From assembly GCA_048886185.1 (NCBI GenBank), contig JBHLKY010000023.1:30923-62922 (forward strand): a DNA stretch of 32,000 bases. Direction: 5' to 3'. Positions 25,496 to 32,000 of the stretch are shown here, piece by piece. The notes below the pieces were generated by a model, which was not told the origin of the DNA, searched no databases, and saw only the letters and a program-made list of their open reading frames with translations. Every line of letters begins with the position of its first letter. The stretch's first letter is position 1. A program made the translations under genes and the position numbers. This DNA comes from Candidatus Hermodarchaeota archaeon. GTDB lineage: Archaea > Asgardarchaeota > Heimdallarchaeia > Hodarchaeales > Hodarchaeaceae.

Positions 25496-26515
25496 TCATC
25501 TTGTTTTCAACTCTGGAATCTTTGGTACTGTTCTTGCATAATTTGATGCGTGATAATAATAATTTACCTTTTTTATCGCTTCTAAAGGAATGTTAATATC
25601 CTCTGCAATCTTTTCTAAGGATAAATCGGATTCCAACCTTATTAAAATACGATCAACATCTTCTACAGGAATGTTGAAGAAAAATTCATAACTTGAAGGT
25701 GATTGAATAACTTTGGAAGAAATATACTCTTGAAGTTCAAGATGTCTTGCTAGTTGGAGGACCTGAGTTCGATAAAGACTTGCCAATGGCAAGAAATCAC
25801 ACGCATGATATGTACCAAACTTTGTAAACAATCCTAATGACCACTCTGTTTTGTTTGATGATCCTATTACAGAAATGTTCTCTATTTCAGCCAAGAGAAA
25901 TGCTAAAAGCATACCTAAGCGAATTTGACTTTTATGATGAGCAATTGTACGTTGGATAAACCTCTCCCGTTGAGAGGAAGGGTGCTTTGCAGGTGGAGAA
26001 TATGTTTTTTTCTCAATTTCCCTACTTGCCATATCACGGAGTAATAGATAACTAAGATTGTAATTAAGAGATGAGATTAGCTCTGGAGTAACAAATCTTG
26101 ACCTGATTTCATATTGTTCAGTAAATACTCCTCTTATTTCTTTAAGTATTCCTTCCTTATTTGCAAAAATAATGTTTTCTCGTGGTAATTTGATGTATTT
26201 ATTAATTGATTCTAGATCCATTTCTTCACGGGGTTGCTTGTTAAGAAATCTTCCCTTTGTAACAAGCACCTTAACATTTTCTTTTCCAACTATTTCTTTA
26301 GCAAGATGGACATTTGTGATACTCTCAACACAGTCTCTATAAAGAACTAGAAGCCCATTGATATCTCTTTCTGCTAGAATAGAGCGAATAAAGCTCTTAA
26401 TTTGAGACTGTACTTTAACTGGATCTATTATCAAATTTGTGTCAAATGCCATTCTACTTTCTCCACACCTATACATAAGATTGCATTTCTTTAAAATTAT
26501 TTTTTGAAGGGTCAT
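25496..26515 (-). CDS. NH3-dependent NAD+ synthetase (NadE)-like protein with a degenerate active site
   Basis: GSSNKTEWSLGLFTKFG, CDFLPLASLYRTQVLQLARHL and a NadE-like C-terminus. The SGGxDS PP-loop is replaced by YRDCVES (26341-26321). Likely start is ATG 26452. Confidence 0.75.
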   Translation of the reverse strand: MTLQKIILKKCNLMYRCGESRMAFDTNLIIDPVKVQSQIKSFIRSILAERDINGLLVLYRDCVESITNVHLAKEIVGKENVKVLVTKGRFLNKQPREEMDLESINKYIKLPRENIIFANKEGILKEIRGVFTEQYEIRSRFVTPELISSLNYNLSYLLLRDMASREIEKKTYSPPAKHPSSQRERFIQRTIAHHKSQIRLGMLLAFLLAEIENISVIGSSNKTEWSLGLFTKFGTYHACDFLPLASLYRTQVLQLARHLELQEYISSKVIQSPSSYEFFFNIPVEDVDRILIRLESDLSLEKIAEDINIPLEAIKKVNYYYHASNYARTVPKIPELKTR

Positions 26516-26748
26516 AAAAAGAAATTCAGAAAATTGTGAGTATTTACTTTATACACATTATGGTGTGATAAATCCGTAATTAAGGTTCATTTTACTAAAT
26601 ATTAAGTGATTTTACTGTTCAGCCTTCATTTATTGGTAAATGAATTCTCTCAATTAATGATTTGGATACCATGAAACCCACTTATGAAGAAGGCACCCGA
26701 AAAGTTACAAAATATTAAGTTGAATTAGAGTAGCCAAAAGATTCTTGA

Positions 26749-26760
26749 AGAACTAGTTCT
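26749..26760. promoter_or_regulatory. Perfect 12-bp palindrome in a divergent intergenic region
   Basis: AGAACTAGTTCT lies between the divergent NadE-like and transporter genes. It could be chance in AT-rich DNA. Confidence 0.25.
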
Positions 26761-26894
26761 AATCACCATTATCAAGGTACATAAAAAATAATGAATTTTA
26801 GGAATGCAAAAAACCATTAAACACTAGCAGCTTTAGACTTAATGATAAAAATAACGAAACTAGAAAGAACTAAAATCAGGTGTAACATAATAAG

Positions 26895-28397
26895 ATGACT
26901 GAGGAAAGAGATCAGATCAATCCAGAAAAAAGAGGAAAAATCTCACTTTATTCTCGGTTATTCGATTATGGTTGGCTTAACAAACGTCGCTTTATTGATA
27001 TCCTTTTAATCTCTGTTTTGATTCTCTTTTCTAGTCTATTTCTCTTTTTTTATCATAATGATCCTCATATAGGAAACATGATACTTTTTTCAATGATTTT
27101 TGTTGGAACCTTTTTATTAGTAGCAAGATATCACAATCTTCAATTAACTATTATCCTCGTCTCTTGTTCTATATCTGTACTTTTGGCTTTTTTTTTGTTA
27201 GAAGATTTCCATTGGAATCGTATAATTGATCACTACATGGAGTGGGAGGTTCTAGCCGTAGTTTTTGGTATGTCAATCTTAGTAGAGGCAACCTCAGAAA
27301 CAGGACTCTTCGATTGGTTAATAATACGGATGCTTAAGATATCTAAGGGAAATATCTTTCCTCTTTTTGCTCTTACTTTCCTCCTCACATTCTCTCTATC
27401 CACTGTCCTTGCTAATGTGACCGCGATGATCTTAGTCAGCTCAATGATCCTTACAGTATGTAATGGATTAGATTACGATCCAACTCCTTTTTTACTTGGT
27501 GCTGTACTTGCAACAAGTATCGCGGGGATGGCAACACTAGTAAGTTCGCTTCCATCAATTATGGTTGGAGCTCCATCAGCAGGAAATATTGGATTTCTTG
27601 ATTTTATAGTTGTTTCAATACCCTTTCTTTTAATTACAATTCCTATTTCGATTTTTTACTTGAAATGGGCATTTCCATCAGAAAAAATACCTTTGGGAAA
27701 TGTACCAATAAATGGGATAGATACCCAAATGATCCTTTCTCTTGATGAATGGGGAGTTGTTGAAGATCGTAGAAAGTTTTATCTAGCAGCACTTTCACTA
27801 ATAATAACAATTATAGGTTTTGCTATTTCTCAACCATTGAAATTTCCCATAGGCGTGATCGCAATTCTAGGAGGTATATTAGCGATTGTTTTAACAAGGA
27901 GTGATGAAAATCGTCTCATTCGTGAGCTTTCTTGGGATACTTTGTTATTTTTTGGCGGATTATTCATTTTAGTTGGTACATTAGAAGATACATATGTTCT
28001 TCAAGACATAGCAGAGTCTCTTAAAGTAATAAGTGGTGGAAACTTGTTTTTCGCAGGTTTCCTTATATTAATAATTGCTTCAGTGGTCAGTGGAATTCTT
28101 GATAATATTCCTGTAACTGCTGCATTGATACCTATTGTTGCTGACATAAATGAACCATTTCTGGAAACAAATCCCTGGTTTCTATGGTTTATCCTAGTTT
28201 TTGCAGGAGCTTTTGGGGGTGGATTAACACCATTTGGTAGTGCTGCTTCAATTCTCGCAATCTCTATCCTTACGAAAGAGGGTCAGCCATTAAATTTTAG
28301 GTACTTTATGAGTCGACTTGTCCCTATCTCCCTCATTCTGCTTGTAATTAGTGGAATTTATCTATCTATTCTAGCTTTTGTCTTGGGGATTATTTAA
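26895..28397 (+). CDS. ArsB/NhaD (IT superfamily; SLC13/P-protein-like) permease
   Basis: Many TM helices; FGMSILV...TGLFDWL, LANVTAMIL, WDTLLFFGGLFILV, SGILDNIPVTAALIP, GGGLTPFGSAAS. Confidence 0.88.
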   Translation: MTEERDQINPEKRGKISLYSRLFDYGWLNKRRFIDILLISVLILFSSLFLFFYHNDPHIGNMILFSMIFVGTFLLVARYHNLQLTIILVSCSISVLLAFFLLEDFHWNRIIDHYMEWEVLAVVFGMSILVEATSETGLFDWLIIRMLKISKGNIFPLFALTFLLTFSLSTVLANVTAMILVSSMILTVCNGLDYDPTPFLLGAVLATSIAGMATLVSSLPSIMVGAPSAGNIGFLDFIVVSIPFLLITIPISIFYLKWAFPSEKIPLGNVPINGIDTQMILSLDEWGVVEDRRKFYLAALSLIITIIGFAISQPLKFPIGVIAILGGILAIVLTRSDENRLIRELSWDTLLFFGGLFILVGTLEDTYVLQDIAESLKVISGGNLFFAGFLILIIASVVSGILDNIPVTAALIPIVADINEPFLETNPWFLWFILVFAGAFGGGLTPFGSAASILAISILTKEGQPLNFRYFMSRLVPISLILLVISGIYLSILAFVLGII

Positions 28398-28599
28398 ATA
28401 AGAAGTTTCTTTTCTCAAATCTTTGGTATCTTGAGAATGAAAATTTGTTCGTGTTCAAGGGATTAGATCTTATTTTTAGGTGAAAATTTATTGGTTTAAT
28501 TCCTAAATAACTTTAGACATTAAAATGACATTATGTTCTTTAAAAGTGAGTCTAGAGAATTTATCCGAATATACAATACTACCCATTTAGAAAAATATA

Positions 28600-28632
28600 T
28601 ATTCTACTAGTGGAAATTATACTAGTAGAATA
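28600..28632. promoter_or_regulatory. Perfect inverted repeat (12-bp arms, 9-bp spacer); candidate PadR operator overlapping the promoter
   Basis: TATTCTACTAGT (28600-28611), spacer GGAAATTAT, ACTAGTAGAATA (28621-28632). It ends 2 bp before the PadR GTG and overlaps the TATA-like AATATATA at 28594-28601. Confidence 0.75.
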
Positions 28633-28634
28633 AA

Positions 28635-29294
28635 GTGAGGCGAATCCAATTTAGTAATTTAGAATTCATCCCACCAACTCAAATATCATTACTATTGATA
28701 CTATCGGAAAGTCCAGCTCATGCTTGGCACATAAAGAAAGTGCTTGATGAAAGAGGCTTTGAAGAGTGGGTCAATATGAAAAAATCTACAATTTACAAGA
28801 ACTTGGGTATATTAGAGGAAAAAGGGTACATCAAAGGATCGAAAAAATCACAAGAGCAGCTTTCAAGGAAAATTTACAAAATTACTGGTAGCGGTCAAAA
28901 GAAATTAAAAGAACAAATTCAGTTTTGTTTGTGTAATCCTCCAAAGGCAAAAACATTGTTTGATCTAGGACTGGCAGGAATCTCGTTGGTGACAAAATCT
29001 AATGCTATCTCTGCTTTAGAAAAATACAAAGGTCATCTGGATAATCGTATCAAGTGGTTTGAAAGAATTCTTAATCAAATGGATAGTGTGAATGAAATTG
29101 TACGAGAAGGGGCCAAACAAAGGATAGTAGGTGGGATGACTGCAGAAGAATTTCAAAGTTCAGGGATTTCATACTGTATTAAAGCTCTCTTCGATCGGCC
29201 ATATTGGGTACTCAAGGCTCAGAAAGCGTGGTTGGAAGGATTCATTCATTCGATCAAAGAGGATGACGGAGAATTTATGTTTCAAGAGGAGTAG
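28635..29294 (+). CDS. PadR-family transcriptional regulator
   Basis: LLLILSESPAHAWHIKK...STIYKNLGILEEKGYI...RKIYKITGSGQKKL winged HTH plus a C-terminal helical domain. Confidence 0.9.
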   Translation: MRRIQFSNLEFIPPTQISLLLILSESPAHAWHIKKVLDERGFEEWVNMKKSTIYKNLGILEEKGYIKGSKKSQEQLSRKIYKITGSGQKKLKEQIQFCLCNPPKAKTLFDLGLAGISLVTKSNAISALEKYKGHLDNRIKWFERILNQMDSVNEIVREGAKQRIVGGMTAEEFQSSGISYCIKALFDRPYWVLKAQKAWLEGFIHSIKEDDGEFMFQEE

Positions 29295-29424
29295 AAATGT
29301 ACATGCAATCTCTCATTAGAATTTTTCCCCATATTAAAAGTAATTATTGTGAATCCACCAAATTGGCATGATTATTTCAAAGGAAAATATAATTCAAGAA
29401 ACACGAGAAAATGGAGAAATTTGA

Positions 29425-30462
29425 ATGAAAAACAACGAATACCTAATTCCAAATTTTCATCATGTACCAGGAGTTCACTGCACTTCCTCCGCCATTAGAG
29501 ATATCTTCCAATTTCATGGATTTAACATGAGTGAAGCAATGATTTTTGGCATAGGTAGTGGTATGGGACTAGCGTTTGGGAAAATAGGCAGTCAGAATCC
29601 GATTATTGGTGGACGACAGTATAAATTTGAAGACAATCTTTGCAAGCTGCTCAATATCATACTCAACAAATTTCAGACTACAAATGAAGAAGAAGGCTGG
29701 TCACGACTCCAAGGTATGCTAAAAAGCAATATTCCAGCCGCAATAAACGTTGATATGGCTTATCTACCATATCAAGAGTTACCAGAGGAATTTCATTTTG
29801 GTCAACATACAATTGTTGTAGCTGGTTACAATCCTGAGAAATCTACGGTTCTTATTGCGGATACTCATTTTCCTGATATGAAAGAAATATCACTTGAGGA
29901 TTTAACAAATTCTAGAAATTCCTCTTATGATCGATGGATGGATCCAAGAAACTTTATCTATGAATTTACTTTTCCAGAAGCTATCCTAGATTTAGCAGAT
30001 ATTATACCCACTGCCATTCGAACAAATGGAGTGAACATTCAAAAAAAGAGTAGAATGATGCGTATATTTGGGATAACTAATGGTCTTGATGCTATCAGTA
30101 AATTCTCACAAAGTTTAAAGAAATTATCAACCTTGAGTAATCTAGAACTTCAAGAACGGTGTAATGAAATATCAGGATTTATCTCAGAGTATGGAACTGG
30201 TGGTGGCCTCTTCAGGTTACTTTATTCACGATTTTTGGAAGAATCAGCTGATATATGCAGCGATCCTTCGTTAGTTAAATTAGGGGAGTATTACAAAAAT
30301 CTTGGCAATAAATGGGAAGAAATATCCCAAAATATTCTAAGAATACCCGAATCATCCGATCAAGAGAGAAAGCAAGTGATACTACTAGTTATGGACATCC
30401 TGAATAAAATACGGATGCTAGAAGAGAAAGGTGCCCAAAAACTTCAAGGATACTCTGGTTAG
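29425..30462 (+). CDS. BtrH-N/DUF4872-family protein (papain/C39-like fold)
   Basis: HCTSSA (Cys19), SEAMIFGIGSG, VDMAYLPY...HFGQHTIVVAGY, IADT, GTGGGLFRLLYSRFLEE. Confidence 0.82.
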   Translation: MKNNEYLIPNFHHVPGVHCTSSAIRDIFQFHGFNMSEAMIFGIGSGMGLAFGKIGSQNPIIGGRQYKFEDNLCKLLNIILNKFQTTNEEEGWSRLQGMLKSNIPAAINVDMAYLPYQELPEEFHFGQHTIVVAGYNPEKSTVLIADTHFPDMKEISLEDLTNSRNSSYDRWMDPRNFIYEFTFPEAILDLADIIPTAIRTNGVNIQKKSRMMRIFGITNGLDAISKFSQSLKKLSTLSNLELQERCNEISGFISEYGTGGGLFRLLYSRFLEESADICSDPSLVKLGEYYKNLGNKWEEISQNILRIPESSDQERKQVILLVMDILNKIRMLEEKGAQKLQGYSG

Positions 30463-30547
30463 AATAATGAGGGCTTATATTTGTTTATTCTTATATTCAA
30501 CCTACTTTAGAGTAAGCATTTATTCTGGAAAAGAAAAAAAGAGGGAA

Positions 30548-31219
30548 TTAATCCCAGAGAAAATGATCAAGAAACGAAGAGGCAATGTTTACTCCAAGTT
30601 CACCAAAAAGGGAACCTAAACTATTACTCGAAGTACCGCCGATCCTCAAGACCTTATCACCCTCCACGATAGATATACCATCCTGAGGATCAACCTGAAC
30701 TAGGTGATGCTCCCCTTTACGAACTGAAATTTGTTTTTTATGAATTAAAACGAATTTTTTTTCTTCTGCAACAAGAAGAAAGTTTTTGCGACCGAATATG
30801 ACATACTCATGATCTTTATCATCAAAAGAAATGTTCATATGGGGATCAGACTCTTCGATCCAATATTTTAATTTTGCAATCATCTCTTTAGCTTGGTCTT
30901 TAATATTTTGGGCTTCCTGTTCGCTAAGAGTGCTCTGATGAAGAAAATTTTTCAATTCTGAGATAGAAAGGCCAAAAATGACCAAATTAGAACCAGTAAA
31001 CGTTGTGGTGTTCCCAACAGCACCTTGAGACGTGTGAACAATTGCATCAACAACAGCTTCAATCTGACCTAAGATCACAATTCCTTTAGTTGAAGTGTCA
31101 GTGGTAACTTCGATTATTTTTGTTGGTTGAAACAGGGTAATTTTATAAAAAGGTGAGTAGAGAATTTCTGGTTTTCCCTGCCACTCAAAAATCTCGTCCT
31201 CAAGTTGAATTGATCTCAT
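30548..31219 (-). CDS. Hypothetical protein, beta-rich, probably co-transcribed with the upstream HTH gene
   Basis: 223-aa ORF starting 5 bp after the stop of the ArsR-like gene. No family recognised. Confidence 0.65.
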   Translation of the reverse strand: MRSIQLEDEIFEWQGKPEILYSPFYKITLFQPTKIIEVTTDTSTKGIVILGQIEAVVDAIVHTSQGAVGNTTTFTGSNLVIFGLSISELKNFLHQSTLSEQEAQNIKDQAKEMIAKLKYWIEESDPHMNISFDDKDHEYVIFGRKNFLLVAEEKKFVLIHKKQISVRKGEHHLVQVDPQDGISIVEGDKVLRIGGTSSNSLGSLFGELGVNIASSFLDHFLWD

Positions 31220-31224
31220 ATAAA

Positions 31225-31947
31225 TTACTCCTCTTCCTCAGGAAAATCGTCTAACTCTTCATCCTCATCATCTGTGGAGTAGATGGGGACTTTAATTCGT
31301 TTTTGAGCACTCGTGTAAAGAAATTCAACTAATTTCAGAGCTTCACGTCCAGAAAAGGTTAATATATAGCGTTCTCGGACACCCTCCTGACGAACTAACC
31401 CCTCATCTTTAAGAATGGTGATATGGTGCTTGAAGTTCCCTCCACGTGTGTTAGTCCTTTCACTGAGATCGGATTGCCGAAGAGGTTTTTTCTCAAGCTC
31501 TTTAAGCATCCGTAAACGGGTTTGATCAGAGAGAGCGGCCATGATCGAAGCCCCTTTCTGGAAAAAACTTTCTAGCTCATCTTCAGGGATAAAAAATGGG
31601 TCTTTTTTCCTTCGTCTCTGACGCCTAGAAGAAGGTGAAGTTTGAAAGATCGATCCAACAGTACGGTCAAGAGTATCACCAATGGAATCTAAAATACCTC
31701 CAATATAATGTTCGAAAGATCTACCGAAACGTTCACCCCAATCCTCCCAATCCTCATCTATTCGGATGGATATGTCGTGTGGTTTCCTAGGAGGTCTAGG
31801 GGGTCTAGGGGGGCGATCTCTTCGAAATGACCTCCGAGAATCGGCACTGATTTCTTCACGTATTACCTTACGGAGAGTTTCTTCAAGGTCAGTTTCTTTA
31901 TCTTCTTTGTCTGGAAGGTCATCCTTATCCTTCTCATCATTTTCCAT
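31225..31947 (-). CDS. ArsR/SmtB-like winged-HTH regulator with a long low-complexity N-terminus
   Basis: ALSDQTRLRMLKEL...LRQSDL...GGNFKHHITILKDEGLV...YILTFSG. Acidic N- and C-termini, Pro/Arg-rich segment, GGAG SD-like site upstream. Confidence 0.85.
   Translation of the reverse strand: MENDEKDKDDLPDKEDKETDLEETLRKVIREEISADSRRSFRRDRPPRPPRPPRKPHDISIRIDEDWEDWGERFGRSFEHYIGGILDSIGDTLDRTVGSIFQTSPSSRRQRRRKKDPFFIPEDELESFFQKGASIMAALSDQTRLRMLKELEKKPLRQSDLSERTNTRGGNFKHHITILKDEGLVRQEGVRERYILTFSGREALKLVEFLYTSAQKRIKVPIYSTDDEDEELDDFPEEEE
31787..31813. repeat. 9-bp tandem repeat (3 copies) encoding PPRPPRPPR
   Basis: CTAGGAGGT CTAGGGGGT CTAGGGGGG on the + strand, inside the HTH gene. Confidence 0.8.
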
Positions 31948-32000
31948 ATTAATAATCTCCTACATTGCCATTATTTAAACACTACTGACTGGAGAATGGG

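Noticed and set aside
30431-31978. + strand ORFs 30431-30619 and 31766-31978
   Set aside because: They overlap supported genes; the Gly/Leu pattern in the second is just the reverse reading of the PPR repeat.
1-32000. tRNA, rRNA, CRISPR array, transposase or integrase
   Set aside because: No GC-rich structured island, cloverleaf, regularly spaced 25-40-bp repeat or recombinase motif was seen by eye. Small ncRNAs in the 250-380-bp intergenic gaps cannot be excluded without an Infernal/tRNAscan run.

Overview
AT-rich archaeal chromosomal window, most likely Asgard (Heimdallarchaeia-like). This is inferred from two Rab-like small GTPases, a probable longin/roadblock-like domain protein, an archaeal HemK2, a CdrS-like RHH protein, and Topo VI cores resembling the plant/TACK type alongside a bacterial-type gyrase. 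The centre is a tightly packed four-gene type II topoisomerase cluster, gyrB-gyrA-top6B-top6A (10984-23864). Both Topo VI subunits are unusual. Top6B is 2314 aa: an intact ~560-aa GHKL/H2TH/transducer core followed by ~1720 aa holding roughly 25-28 diverged RadA/Rad51-N-like helix-hairpin-helix repeats. Top6A carries an ~88-aa N-terminal extension that patterns like a ubiquitin fold. This accessorised Topo VI is the best candidate for an undescribed system. The flanks hold several apparently repurposed or degenerate folds: a GTPase with NKSE in place of NKxD, an Mrr-like domain lacking its catalytic Lys, a NadE homologue without the SGGxDS loop, an atypical kinase-like protein, and a 2-TM+RCK / soluble-RCK paralogue pair with a TTVRYG string. 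There is also a PadR gene with a perfect 12-bp inverted-repeat operator ahead of a BtrH-like gene, and a partial RidA gene missed by the ORF track. No rRNA, tRNA, CRISPR array or mobile element was recognised. All family calls come from motif reading and remembered consensus sequences; no searches were run.
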